The position numbers and the translations under genes were made by a program. Of a stretch of 64,000 nucleotides of DNA, positions 1-17,134 are shown piece by piece (the stretch's first letter is position 1; every line of letters begins with the position of its first letter). The stretch lies in contig OZ024741.1 of NCBI GenBank assembly GCA_964016885.1, positions 92,380,001-92,444,000 on the forward strand. The letters run 5' to 3'. The notes under the pieces were generated by a model. That model made no database searches, was not told the origin of the DNA, and worked only from the letters and a program-made list of their open reading frames with translations. This DNA comes from Eledone cirrhosa. Taxonomy: Eukaryota.

Positions 1-90
1 TTTATACTCCTGTCCTACAAACTGTAGAGTGCTACTTATCCGATATTTGCATTGCTTTATTGTGCTATTATAACACTCACCTCATACATA
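1..90 (+). mobile_element. 3' end (pseudo-LTR tail) of PLE family A, running into (TA)n
   Basis: Near-identical to 3120-3210 and reverse complement of 3397-3487 and 14497-14582, which adjoin PLE ORFs/HHRs. Confidence 0.8.
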
Positions 91-1872
<1,782 letters not shown>

Positions 1873-1881
1873 AATATATCT

Positions 1882-2080
1882 TGTACGTTATTCCGGGTTG
1901 AATCGGAGGTAACCACAGTAAGTAAGGTACTCAATACATAGCAGAGTATAACAGTTTTAATATAGATGAGATTCTACAGGACTAGAACTGTTTCATTCAT
2001 TAGAAATCATCAGGAATTCCTGATGATTTCTAATGAATGAAACAGTTCTAGTCCTGTAGAATCTCATCTATATTAAAACT
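1882..2080. mobile_element. Fold-back PLE pLTR fragment: perfect 128-bp palindrome (1953-2080) plus one-sided tail (1882-1952)
   Basis: Palindrome centred on GGAATTCC (2013-2020); same family at 55742-55803 and 56350-56536. Confidence 0.85.
2016..2062 (+). ncRNA. Hammerhead ribozyme motif (mirror copy on - strand 1971-2017)
   Basis: ATTC-CTGATGA-tTTCtaatGAAt-GAAA-CAG-ttctagtc-CTG-TA-GAAT: helices I, II, III and GUA triplet. Confidence 0.8.
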
Positions 2081-2183
2081 ATATAAATATATCTATAGTA
2101 ATAATAATAAAATTGAAGACTAAAATCCAGAGAGGGCTCGATAAGGAAAATATATATCAAATATATAAGAACCGAAGAGCAAA

Positions 2184-2311
2184 TATTTATTAAAATAACA
2201 GATTAAAGTTTAAGCAAAGAATCGTTGCTTTCACCCTTAACGGGATCTTCTGAAACTAACAAAGTCAATCTGTAAACTTTGCTTCAAATTTAATCTGTTA
2301 TTTTAATAAAT
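2184..2311. mobile_element. Inverted-repeat fragment of the terminal region of the PLE at 41.7-44.2 kb
   Basis: ATTTATTAAAATAACAGATTAAA...TTTAATCTGTTATTTTAATAAAT; 2184-2275 matches 41681-41770. Confidence 0.7.
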
Positions 2312-3560
<1,249 letters not shown>

Positions 3561-3629
3561 GAGATGATATCTGCGTTTTCATCAGATAAAATAGTGATAC
3601 ATCATCTGAAGGTTAAAAAACACTTTTTA

Positions 3630-4924
3630 CTTTCTTAAATTGCAATTTAATTAACCTTAATATTATTAAGAACAATATACGTGATCTCTTTAAGCAACAT
3701 AACCTTAAAATCGAATTTGTTAACAACGTCAAACTAGCTAACTTCTTGGATATATCCCTTAATCTTGACACTGGCCTATATTACCCTTACCATAAAAATA
3801 ATGAGAAGCTAAATTATGTTGATTTTAAATGTAACCACCCCACTAACATTAAAAATGCTATAGTTAGTAATATTGGAAAAAAAAATATCAAACCTATCCT
3901 CTAATAAAAAATATCTTTGATGCTAACGCCAATTACTTTAATAATGTGCTTTCTAAAGCCGGTTATCCTGATAAAATTAAATACAGTAAAGAAACCAATC
4001 CTAGAAGGTCTTACAGTAAAATAATTAATTATGATCATTCCAATAACCTAAATAAAAGACCTAGATACAAAAATATAATCTGGTATAATGCTCCTTTCTC
4101 TATTTCTATTAATAATAATATTTCTAAACTATTCTTTAGGGCCTTAGATAAATGCTTCCCTCCCTCACATATCTATAGTAAAATCTTTAACAAACATACA
4201 ATACAATTTTCCTATTCTACCTCCTCCAACATCTCTAACATTATCTCTAAACACAACAATAAAATATTAAATATTAAATCACATCCTTCCAACACTGAAT
4301 GTCCTAATAATAGCAGTAGTGTTCCCGACGTCATTGTTAACTCTAGGCTAGATTCTGCAAACTCAAATACGACGTCAAACGTAACTTCGTTGAATGTTCA
4401 TAATACCAATCTAAATCAGGAAACTATTATTCCTATCGTAAATAACTTCTCCAATCCAATTCCTCCTATAGATAACACTAGGACACTTGTTAATAACTCT
4501 GTTAATTTCTCTAATCGCAATTGTAATTGCCCTGTTAAAACTAAATGTCCTCTTGAAAAAAACTTAGTCTATGAATGTAATGTTATAACTGATACCAATT
4601 CCTTTACCTATTTCGGTTCCACTTCCACCAGATTTTATAATCACAATTCGTCTTTTAAATACCAACTTAAAAGAACGAACAAAGCACTCTCAGAAATCAT
4701 ATAGTCCTTGAAAGACAAAAATATTAACTATAACATCTCTTAGAGGAAAGTTTGTTTTGCTTCTCCCTACTTGAATGCTTTCCCTATCCAGAACGTGTAA
4801 TCTTTGCTTATCTGAGAAATTTACCATTATATCTAATTTAGATTCTATAATAAATAGACGCACTGATTTATTTTCTCTCTGCTTGCATAAATTCCACAGA
4901 ACATTCCATAAAGTATACAGCTAA
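3630..4924 (+). pseudogene. 5'-truncated PLE ORF (RT C-term/thumb, CxC-x5-C linker, GIY-YIG endonuclease), Naiad-like; frameshifts and stops
   Basis: NFLDISLNLDTGLYYPYHK, NHP, IIWYNAPFS, KIFNKHTIQFSYS, NCNCPVKTKCPL, LVYEC...YFGSTS. Confidence 0.85.
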
Positions 4925-4964
4925 TATCTAAATACTTGGAACTCTTTTAACCATCTTTTGATCT

Positions 4965-5436
<472 letters not shown>

Positions 5437-5649
5437 TCGTTTCTGAATTTGTTTGGCAAGATTCTTTATCTGAAATCGTGTGTTGAAACCGATATTGTTA
5501 TACTTTGGGAGGGTCATGTTGCCAATAAGAAACACACGCACCAGTTGCTTTCACTTCAATTTATTATATATTTATAAATTTACAAGTTTATAAATTAATA
5601 AATTTCTGGTTGGTTGGTTGGTTCCACAACCAGATAGTTGTTTATATAT

Positions 5650-5694
5650 AGTCATAGTCCTTTCGTCACACACTCTGTGACCTCTTCAGTGACT
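5650..5694 (-). ncRNA. Hammerhead ribozyme motif (inverted-arm copy)
   Basis: Reverse complement of 10661-10705. Confidence 0.85.
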
Positions 5695-5906
5695 GGGGAT
5701 TCCTTTCTTTGTTTCTGTGCCCCTCCTTTGTTCTGTCCTACGCCATTTTGTTTCTGTGTGTGTGTTGTGTGCTCAGTCTGCGCATGCGCCACATCCGGGT
5801 GTCTGTGCGTGTTTATGTTCATTTATCTATTTGTTTATTTATTTACTTATTTACATGTTACTGGTTGGTTGTTTGTTCTATGTGTGTGTGTGTTTTCATT
5901 TTGTCC

Positions 5907-7066
5907 TTAATTGTAAGTTGTGATGTTGCTGTTCCACTCATATTTTCTATTTAATTTTGGTTGTAATTCTTTTATGTTTATTGCCTCTGTAATTTGTCTA
6001 AACATTGCATCTTTTCTGTGTGTAGATTCTATTTTTATTTCTATGTTCTCTAATTTACCCTTGTGTTCTATCTTAGCATGTTGGTAGAGTATAGATGATT
6101 TTTTATTATCTTGAAGGTCTCGCCAGTGTTCATTTATCCGTTCCCCTATACTACGAGCTGTCTCACCTATGTACACTATATTTTTGTCTCTACATTGTCC
6201 TTCAGTACATCTTATGCTATACACTACATTTCTAGTTTTACAGTTAATATGGGGGCTTATTTTACAGGTTATACATTTCTTATCTATACATGAGGGTCTT
6301 TGAAAAGGGTATGTCTTGCTAATAAGTGTTTTTACGGAGGTACCTGGTCTTTCTACTATCTTAATATTGAGTTTATGTTTATTTAGGGCCCTTCTAAATT
6401 TGTAGGCTAGTTCGCCTCTAGGGGTTGTACCGATGAACATTACACTCTGGTATTTATTGCTATCATACCATGAGTTTATTCTATTAGCCTTGTTCCTAGT
6501 TCTTTCTATTCTATTCCAAAATTTGCTCCTATACAAGGGGCAGGTCCCATTTATGTCATTATTTACCATTTTTTCCCATTTGGTTCTGGCTCCTCTATAC
6601 ACTCTGATTCTATCTCTCTGATTGTAGCCAGAGAACTGCATACGGTGGATGAAGTGTTGTATGTGTCTCTCTAGTTCTTCGGGGTTGCACATGCGGGACA
6701 CATTTCTCATCACCCGTACCAAATCCGCAATCAGTATGTTGATTTTGGTATGGTCCGAAATGGCCGAGTTTCGGTGGATCAGATGTTTGGAAGTCATGGG
6801 TTTGGCATAATGGGAATGGAGGATTTGTTTTTTGTTGTTAATGGTATCTAACCAGAGCTCTGTGTCTAGTACAGGTAATCGATGGTTGGGGTGTCTACTT
6901 GGGTAGTCTATAGTAACTCTAATGCTCTGGTGGATGGAGTTTGCTATTTGCTGGATGCTTTCCATTGTGTTTTTCTGTAGTTCCTGACTGTTCTCTAGTG
7001 GGGGTGTCTTAACTACAATGTTTATATCATCTACGTAGCGGGAGTACATTATCAGGGTTAAGGGGT
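5907..7066 (-). pseudogene. Inverted, uninterrupted copy of the PLE RT C-terminus + GIY-YIG endonuclease (380-aa open frame)
   Basis: YSRYVDD, LPVLD, HYAKPM, CxxxxCxxC linker, NVVYSIRC...YIGETARSIGERINEH...HAKIEH, EAINI...LN. Confidence 0.9.
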
Positions 7067-7067
7067 A

Positions 7068-10000
7068 TATAGAGAATTAAGTCATCAAGAAAAACAAAAG
7101 CGTAACCTAATACAAGAAATAGCTAGGATCACCACACCAAGAGAGAAACTAATATTTATAAACCTTATACGCCCTGAAGAACAGTACATTACTCAAGAAT
7201 GTGATAAGCACTTTAACAAGAAACTAAAGTGGCTTAAGCAGATAAAACTAAATCAGGATACTATAGAGAATACCAATAGGTATCCCCACAAAATTGACGG
7301 TATAAACATGGCCGACACCTCATTAACAGAAGAGTTCAACAATAACAACACGAATATATATGGGAACGCAAGAATAGATAATGACGAAATGTCTGTGTTA
7401 TGCTTGCCCCCGAAATTTGCGACATTCAAGAAGGTAAATATGATTAGTTGTCTGTCAGAAATAGAAAAATCATTTACAAAACTACGCTGGAGCATCAAAA
7501 ACAAAAACAACAAAAACAAAAGCAACAATATACGCACACACATATACAACACACATCCCAACAACAACAGACACACAGACACAAACAACAATAACAACAA
7601 CACACACATCAACAACAACAACAATAACAACATACCCAGAGACAACAACAACAGACACGCAGACACAAACAACAATGACAACACACACAACAACAATAAC
7701 ACACACGGAGACAACAACAACACACATCAACAACAGCATACATCAACAACAACAACACACACGCATTCAATGCCTCTCACCACCACCACAATCTTAACAA
7801 ACACACAGACACAGAAAACAAGTAATGACAGTAGCACAGAAATTACAGAAATAAGGGAAAGTAATAGGATTAAAAGGAGAAGGGAGACTAAGGACAAAGA
7901 GAATAACCAAGACGAACACACAGACACACAAAATAGGGTATATAACAACAATGAGCCAGTGGAAAGAGACAGGAGTAATTATGAGAGACATAGAAACAAC
8001 CATGAGGCTGTTGGTGGAAATAGAAATAGAAACAACACAACTAACAATAACAATAGCACTAGTACACATAAAGCAGCAGCCTGGAACTCTCCGTTTTATA
8101 ATCCCTCCGATAAATCATTCGACCTGCGACGAGTCCACGCCACGACTTTACCATTTAACAAACGCACGCAATTGCCGTCGCAGGTCGATGAACAAACAGA
8201 AGCACAATTTAGTACAGCTAGATCCGAACTTAGAAATATTATAGAACAGTATAGCAAGAAGCATAATAGAATGGAGGCCCAGCAACTGGGAGAAAAATCT
8301 GCAAATGGCTTGCGTAAGCTCATGCAGCGCTCACGTAATGGAGAGATAGCATGCTTTCCAACAGACAAGTCTGGCAGAATGTCGGTTGACAGCCTGCCAA
8401 ACTACATCCAGGCAATGCAACCCCACATCACTAACACAAGAGAGGTAACACCACAGGAGCATGAGGATAGAGAAAAAGCCCTCAATGCCCATATGGTGAT
8501 GTGGACGAATATAATGCAGCCCAACAAAAGGACTGCCAACAACTTCCAGGCCTGGAACAATGACGTGCCGGCGCTGTATTGGCTTCGAAAAGACCATAAA
8601 ACGGGCAGTGACCCTGTCGTGGGACCACCAACACGGCCAGTCTGTGGAGCTAACATTGCTAGTAACGACAGACTGTCCTACTTCCTCTCCCTGATCATAC
8701 GCCCCATCATTGAAATGTCCCCAGATGTATGTGTGACAGCACGGAGGACCTCCTCAGCAGAATCGGCGTGAGTAACCGATCTGGGGACCTAACAAACTGC
8801 ATAATAGGCAGTATGGATGTTGTGTCCCTGTATCCATCTATTGACGTGGATTTTGCTGTGGAGAAATGCGTAGAAATGATCAGTGAGAGCAAGGTTGAGT
8901 TCCGTGGGATTGATACCAGTGAGCTGGGACTTCTACTTAAGCTTACCTAGACACATATGACCTGAGCAACCTGTGCCCTACAAGACCAGCAAGAGGCAGA
9001 CCACCTACCATTACCTCAATGGCCAAGAAAACCCACACAGATAGATGGAACGGGTGGGCCAGAGCCATACGGACACCCGAAAACCACGATGAACTGAAGA
9101 AAATGATTGCACATGCGGTAGGGGCCAGCATAAAACTAACCCTTAAGGAACATATGTTCAAATTTAATGGAAAAACATATGACCAAGAGGAAGGAGCAGC
9201 CATTGGTGTTAGCATTGCAGGCGACATAGCTAACTTATTCATGGTATGGTGGGACAGTAGACTTAAACTTAAAGTTAAAGAACAATTAGAAGACCCCTTA
9301 ACCCTGATAATGTACTCCCGCTACGTAGATGATATAAACATTGTAGTTAAGACACCCCACTAGAGAACAGTCAGGAACTAGAGAAAAACACAATGGAAAG
9401 CATCCAGCAAATAGCAAACTCCATCCACCAGAGCATTAGAGTTACTATAGACTACCCAAGTAGACACCCCAACCATCGATTATCTGTACTAGACACAGAG
9501 CTCTGGTTAGATACCATTAACAACAAAAAACAAATCCTCCATTCCCATTATGCCAAACCCATGACTTCCAAACATCTGATCCACCGAAACTCGGCCATTT
9601 CGGACCATACCAAAATCAACATACTGATTGCGGATTTGGTACGGGTGATGAGAAATGTGTCCCGCATGTGCAACCCCGAAGAACTAGAGAGACACATACA
9701 ACACTTCATCCACCGTATGCAGTTCTCTGGCTACAATCAGAGAGATAGAATCAGAGTGTATAGAGGAGCCAGAACCAAATGGGAAAAAATGGTAAATAAT
9801 GACATAAATGGGACCTGCCCCTTGTATAGGAGCAAATTTTGGAATAGAATAGAAAGAACTAGGAACAAGGCCAATAGAATAAACTCATGGTATGATAGCA
9901 ATAAATACCAGAGTGTAATGTTCATCGGTACAACCCCTAGAGGCGAACTAGCCTACAAATTTAGAAGGGCCCTAAATAAACATAAACTCAATATTAAGAT

Positions 10001-10449
10001 AGTAGAAAGACCAGGTACCTCCGTAAAAACACTTATTATCAAGACATACCCTTTTCAAAGACCCTCATGTATAGATAAGAAATGTATAACCTGTAAAATA
10101 AGCCCCCATATTAACTGTAAAACTAGAAATGTAGTGTATAGCATAAGATGTACTGAAGGACAATGTAGAGACAAAAATATAGTGTACATAGGTGAGACAG
10201 CTCGTAGTATAGGGGAACGGATAAATGAACACTGGCGAGACCTTCAAGATAATAAAAAATCATCTATACTCTACCAACATGCTAAGATAGAACACAAGGG
10301 TAAATTAGAGAACATAGAAATAAAAATAGAATCTACACACAGAAAAGATGCAATGTTTAGACAAATTACAGAGGCAATAAACAAAAGAATTATAACCAAA
10401 GTTAAATAGAAAATATGAGTGGAACTGCAACATCACAACTTACAATTAA
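7068..10449 (+). pseudogene. PLE ORF (N-term, RT, GIY-YIG), 5'-truncated, lesions near 8735, 8948, 9360, 9380, 10382
   Basis: LPPKF, KLRW, PTDKSG, LRKDHK, RPVC, GSMDVVSLYPSID, GAAIG, RYVDD, GIY-YIG; frame is open upstream of the 7308 ATG back to the inversion junction. Confidence 0.93.
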
Positions 10450-10660
10450 GGACAAAATGAAACACACACACACATAGAACAAACAACCAACCAGTAACAT
10501 GTAAATAAGTAAATAAATAAACAAATAGATAAATGAACATAAACACACACAGACACCCGGATGTGGCGCATGCGCAGACTGAGCACACAACACACACACA
10601 GAAACAAAATGGCGTAGGATAGAACAAAGGAGAGGCACAGAAACAAAGAAAGGAATCCCC

Positions 10661-10705
10661 AGTCACTGAAGAGGTCACAGAGTGTGTGACGAAAGGACTA
10701 TGACT
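10661..10705 (+). ncRNA. Minimal hammerhead ribozyme in PLE 3' pLTR
   Basis: AGTCA-CTGAAGA-G-GTCAC-agagtgt-GTGAC-GAAA-GGAC-TA-TGACT. Confidence 0.87.
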
Positions 10706-10855
10706 ATATATAAACAACTATCTGGTTGTGGAACCAACCAACCAACCAGAAATTTATTAATTTATAAACTTGTAAATTTATAAATATATAATAAATTGAA
10801 GTGAAAGCAACTGGTGCGTGTGTTTCTTATTGGCAGCATGACCCTCCCAAAGTAT

Positions 10856-10910
<55 letters not shown>

Positions 10911-10935
10911 TATATATATATATATATATATAGAC

Positions 10936-11380
<445 letters not shown>

Positions 11381-11435
11381 TATATATATATAGACATATA
11401 TATATATATACATATATACATATATACATATATAA

Positions 11436-11641
<206 letters not shown>

Positions 11642-11950
11642 TATAGGATTATCCTGGGATGCAGTAATGGTTAATTACTACACTGGATAGAGTTGACGTA
11701 CGGGGAGAGGTTACTCAACGAGTTATGGAAGAATAGTTGAAGAAACTTAGTTCCTGATCCTTCTGTATTCCGGAGTGTAGATAAAGAATGAATAATAACA
11801 GGTAGACATCATAAAAAGGTAATTTATTCTGTGTGCTTAAAAATGTTTCCACGGTGGTTATACAGCCTAGTTATGCTATGTGCATATTTATAACTATTTG
11901 CAAAACTCAATTATCAGATGCTGTGACCACTGTATCATCATATATATATA

Positions 11951-12138
11951 TAACGAAGGAAATGTGGTAAGGAACCAGGTGGACCATAACGCACCAAAGT
12001 ACTCAATACTTAGGGTAGTAGAGTGGGTAATAGGAACCAGTAAGACCCCGACGGCTGAGCTCAAGCCGTTTAGACGGCTAATTCGGCAGAATTAGCCGTC
12101 GAAACGGCTTGAGCTCAGCCGTCGGGGTCTTACTGGTT

Positions 12139-12143
<5 letters not shown>
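11951..12143. mobile_element. Fold-back pLTR fragment: 114-bp palindrome (12030-12143) centred on an HHR helix II loop, plus one-sided tail
   Basis: GACGGCTAATTC-ggca-GAATTAGCCGTC-GAAAC-GGCTtgagctcAGCC-GTC; CUGANGA half missing; 3' half recurs at 20167-20210. Confidence 0.8.
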
Positions 12144-12193
<50 letters not shown>

Positions 12194-12336
12194 TAAAAGA
12201 GAAAACACAGGTAAGCATTAAGAGAAGGATTTTATCCAGGTATTTACGACCGTTTCATTGGTAAGTGCAACCTTATATTGCTATACTGCAAATAGCAGCC
12301 ACTCAATTATAATTGTTGTTCACAGTCCAAATTTAG

Positions 12337-13533
12337 CACTAAAACAGTTAACTTTCTAGGCGTGACGCTTAACCTAAATACGGGACTTATAAGACCTTTT
12401 CACAAGATTAATGAAAACTTAGCATACATCAACTGTAACTCAAACCACCCACTATCCATAATTAAATCCATTCCACGCAACATATCCCTTAGGATCTCCC
12501 GCCTCTCGTCTAACCGACAAATCTTCGAAGAACATGCAGAATACTACAATACCGCATTAGACAAGGCAAACCACTTAGATAGAGTAGAATATATAGATGA
12601 AAGCCTCCGTAAAGCGCACACGAACACGCATAACACAAACTCCAGAAACACACGCACGCACGCACTTACGCATAGAACTGCAAAGTATACGGTAAATAGA
12701 AATACAACATCGAATTCAAACAAGTCACGCAGTAGAAAATATATTTGGTATAACCCCATATTTAACACCTCTATTAGTACTAACCTACTCTCTACCTTCT
12801 TCAGAATAATAAATAAGCACTTTCCAGATTCACATAGATACAGCAAAATCTTTAACACTAAATCTATTAGACTATCTTACTCCACGGCACCAAATATAGT
12901 GGCACACATTAAGATGCTTAACGCTAAAAAGATACATAACAACACCATAACACACATTTATAACAGTAACAATACAATCACCATTGAACACAACAGAATA
13001 TCTAATACACAACCACCCACTAATAGGCAAACAAAACGTACCACACTTGTTCAGGCATCGCAGCCCACCAATAATGTTAAAATTACCCATGACAAGAATT
13101 GTAACTGCCACCTACTTAAACCTGTCCATTGCATAATGAATGTATGCAGTCTAACTTGGTTTACCAATGCACAGTGGAATCAGACAACCAGAAATGGTAT
13201 TACATCGGAGCGACTGGGAATACATTTAAAGCCCGTTGGTATACACACCGTTACGCAATGAAACATTCCCAGCATCGTTATATAACTACCCTTGCAAACA
13301 AGACCTGGCAACTGAGGGAAAGTAACCATCATTACACCCTGAAGTGGAAAAAATTATCGAACGCGCCCCCATATCGGAGTGGTATGAGAAGCTGTCGATT
13401 ATGCGACCTTGAGCTGTTCCACATCTTGAGTTCGACGAATAAGTTACTCAACAATAAAATCGAAAGATCAATTTATTGTAACCATAGACTCAAAGAGAAG
13501 TTTTCGCACTACAAGTGCAAATCGAACCCTTAA
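12337..13533 (+). pseudogene. PLE RT thumb + GIY-YIG, one frameshift near 13120
   Basis: NFLGVTLNLNTG, SNHP, YIWYNP, KIFN...LSYS, NCNC...CPL..EC, LVYQC...YIGAT..FKARW, CRLC..E. Confidence 0.88.
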
Positions 13534-14083
13534 CCTCTTACTACCAACTGACAAACTGCATATACTTAGACTTTATACCCTCTTGTTGTATCTAACCCCT
13601 TTAATTACCCACACAAATCAATACCTATATCCCCCTTCTCCTTCATTCCTCTTCTGTTTCATCGTTTTCTTCCTTCCTCTCCTCCCCTTTTTGGCTATCT
13701 TTTCTTTTTTTCTTTCTCCCCCCTTCTTTGCTTTTATTTTTGCCATTATTATCTTTATTTTTTATATATATATTTATCTCTTTATATCCCCCCCCCTCCC
13801 TCTCTCTATCCATCCCTCCCACTATGATCAATTTAATTCTCTTTAACTCACTACATTCCACGACATGAAGTCTACTTATCAAAACTGATCAAAGAATCCT
13901 TCCACCTCTACCCCTCCCTCCATCTCAGTTTGCCATTCTACTTCCTAACTCTCCCCCCTTCCTCTCTCTCTCAATACTATTCCGTTTGTCCCCTCACCTT
14001 CTGATTCCTCTCTCTATATATACAATTCCAAATAAATGTTTTTCTCTAGATATTAAGAATTATTTCAAGAGTAACTTACTCAC

Positions 14084-14185
14084 TATTTTGAAAATTTGGA
14101 CTGTGAACAAGAATTATAATTGAGTGGCTGCTATTTGCAGTATAGAAATATAAGGTTGCACTTACCAATGAAACGGTCGTAAATA
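14084..14185 (+). ncRNA. Hammerhead ribozyme motif, U3-A8 core variant, extended helix II
   Basis: TATT-TTGAAAA-tTTGG...CCAAt-GAAAC-GGTC-GTA-AATA. Confidence 0.7.
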
Positions 14186-14366
14186 CCTGGATAAAATCCA
14201 TCTCTTAATGCTTACCTGAGTTTTCTCTTTTATACTTTATACTCCAAGATTGAACGGAATTCTCACAAACTTGTGGAGTTACCCCTAACTGTACGTCGAA
14301 ACCATCCATGAAACTGGCTTTCTTAACCACGAACTGGATCACAAAAAGCAATTTTCTACTTCCCTA

Positions 14367-14490
<124 letters not shown>

Positions 14491-14496
14491 CATATA

Positions 14497-16128
14497 ATGT
14501 AGGAGGTGAGTTTTATTGTAGTACAATAAAGCAATGCAGATATCGGATAAGAAGCACTCTACAGTTTGTGGGACTGGAGTATGCATAATATAAGATCAAA
14601 AGATGGTTAAAGGAGTTCCATATATTTTATTATGCGCATTTCAAAAACAAACATCATCAAGCAATAATATTTGTGTTTTCATCAGATAAAACAGGAGAAC
14701 ATGATATGAAGGCTAAAAAACACTTGTTGATAGTGCAGTTTTAAATCAACATATGAAAAGTGGTTTTAGATTGATGTGTGATATTGGGAAAAATATTTTA
14801 TTTAGAGAGGGGGGGGAAGGATGAAAAGGGAAGGAGATGAGAGGGAGAGATGGGTGATAGAGAGAAAGAGATAGTTTTTATAACTGAGAGGAGATATATA
14901 GTTTTTACATAGAGGGGTTGAAAACCGTTGGAAGATACTGTATAAATTAAAAATTTTGAAAATTAACGAAGGGAGGATATGTGCGAGGAAAAAATATTTT
15001 ATTTAGGGAGGGGGGTGGAAAGGATGAAAAAAAAAGGGGGGAGGAGATGAGAGTGAAGGTGGAGAGGGAGAGATGGGTGATAGAGAGAAAGAGATAGTTT
15101 TTATAACTGAGAAAAAGATATATTGTTTTAATATAGAGCGGTTGGGAACCGTTGGAAGATAATATATAAATTAAAGGAATTTGAAAATTAACGAAGGGAA
15201 ATTATGTATGAAGATAGAGAGAAAAAAAAATAATAATTGTGGGTGAATATTCTAACGTCAAAAGAAGAAATGTATGTATTGTGGCAATTTCAAAATTAGC
15301 GAAGAGAAAAATTGTTATGGTTTGTGTGTAGAAGGATTTGAGAAAAATAATGTGAAGTTAAAGTTTGTATATTGAATTGATATGTATTAATAATGAGTTC
15401 GTTGATGGGGAGAAAAAAATAATAATAAATTAAGGATGAAATTGAGATTAAAAAGATTTATGATAGAGAGAAAAAATATTAATGATTGCGGATGAATATT
15501 CAAAATGTCAAAAACAAATGTTATTATTTTACGAGAAGATAGAATGAGGGTAATGAGTAAACGAGTATTATAGAGTGTATAATGCCCTTTAAAGTAAGGT
15601 AAGGTAGATGGGTATATTTTAAAGAGGTGTATGTATATGTGCCTTTGAGAAAAGATTCTAAATTGATAAAGAATTGAATATTAACTGTATACTTTGTGAA
15701 AAGTTCTATGGAATTTATGCAGGCAGATAGAAAACAAATCTGAGCGTCTGTTTATTATAGAATCTAGGTTAGAGATAATGGTAAATTTTTCATTTAGGCA
15801 GAGGTTACAGATTTTAGATAGAGAGCTGTTCAAGTATGAGGATGCAGAAGAAATCTTTTTCCAAAAGATGTTATATTTAAGGTTTTTGTCTTTTAAGGAC
15901 CATATGAGTTCTGAGAGAGCAGTGTTAGTTCTTTTAAGTTTGTATTTGAAAGATGAATGATGATTATAGAGACGAGCTTTAAAAGAGGTGGAAGTGGAGC
16001 CAAAATAGGTGAAGGAATTGGTGCTAGTTATAATTTTACATTCATAAATTAAGTTTTTATCGAGGCAATGGTTGTTGAGAGGACATTTATTTTTGATGCG
16101 GCAGTTGCAATTAGAGAGATTATTAATG
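14497..16128 (-). mobile_element. 3' fragment of family-A Naiad-like PLE: GIY-YIG (15681-16128), ~1-kb 3' UTR with internal duplication (~14790-14975 / ~14990-15200), pLTR
   Basis: NCNCRIKNKCPLNNHC, LIYEC...YFGSTSTSFKARLYNH, CNLCLNEK; homologous to 4510-4924; pLTR matches 3397-3625. Confidence 0.9.
14625..14691 (-). ncRNA. Hammerhead ribozyme motif (family A)
   Basis: TTTTAT-CTGATGA-aaacACAAATA...TGTTTGTtttt-GAAA-TGCGCA-TA-ATAAAA; helix II covaries with the 3523 copy. Confidence 0.87.
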
Positions 16129-16134
16129 AGTAAG

Positions 16135-16247
16135 GACCCCGTAAGGATGAAAGGCAAAGTCAACCTCGGCGGGATTTGAACTCAGATCGTAAAGGGACGT
16201 AACTATGCTGGAAAGCATGGCGTCCTACCCTCTAGCGATACTGCCAA
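16135..16247 (-). mobile_element. tRNA-derived SINE (Meta-domain type), 5' part
   Basis: B-box-like GAGTTCAAATCCC followed by GCCTTTCATCCTTACGGGGTC; many copies in window. Confidence 0.8.
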
Positions 16248-16411
16248 ATAATAATAATGTCCGTTTACAATTGTTTCGCTACTCCATATAATATTTCTTT
16301 AAATATGTTAATTATTTTCAACTGAACCAGATCAATTATGATATATAATCATCTGATCCAGAAATATTATATGGAGTAGCGAAACAATTGTAAACGGACA
16401 TTATTATTATT
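16247..16411. repeat. Inverted repeat (52-bp arms) carrying the 3' half of an HHR-like motif, flanked by short (AAT)n
   Basis: GC-GAAAC-AATT-GTA-AACGG in both arms; no convincing CUGANGA half. Confidence 0.7.
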
Positions 16412-16417
16412 AATATT

Positions 16418-16515
16418 GGTTAACTTTGCCTTTCATCCTTACGGGGTCGATAAAATAAAGTACCAGTAATGTACTGGTAAATTGATGCCCTTGTGCCTAA
16501 AGTAGAAACAATTAT
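16418..16515 (+). mobile_element. SINE (Meta-domain type), 3' part
   Basis: CTTTGCCTTTCATCCTTACGGGGTCGATAAAATAAAGTACCAG...GTAGAAACAATT. Confidence 0.8.
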
Positions 16516-16634
16516 TATTATTAATATTATTATTATTATTCTCTACATTCCTTACATCAATCTAAAATATGTTGACAATCTTTTAATAATGTCTTCCTTG
16601 TGAAATTTGGGGTCTTCATTTGCTTAACTAATGA

Positions 16635-16749
<115 letters not shown>

Positions 16750-16792
16750 CATATATATACATATATATATATACATATATATATATTTATAC

Positions 16793-16899
<107 letters not shown>

Positions 16900-16904
16900 C
16901 ATAT

Positions 16905-17048
<144 letters not shown>

Positions 17049-17134
17049 CATAAGTATGTACACGTACATACATATATATATACAGACGTACAGTAGTATG
17101 TATATATACGTACAACAATCTGGCAGGAAGGTAT

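Larger units (their letters stand above)
5432..10863 (+). mobile_element. Penelope-like element (CCHH GIY-YIG; Neptune/Nematis-type, clade uncertain) with 1.57-kb inverted duplication of its 3' part at the 5' end
   Basis: 5492-7066 is the reverse complement of 9293-10863; (TA)n on both flanks; RT-EN ORF; HHR in both arms. Confidence 0.93.

Noticed and set aside
2218-2258. HHR-like motif (minus: CAGAAGA-tCCC..GGGt-GAAA-GCAAC-GA; also ~41715-41755)
   Set aside because: U4 and the NUH uridine are both altered and there is no helix I; at best a dead relic
15681-16128. Selenocysteine (UGA) usage reported for some Naiad PLEs
   Set aside because: Conserved Cys positions are ordinary TGT/TGC in all four Naiad-like fragments inspected; no SECIS recognised
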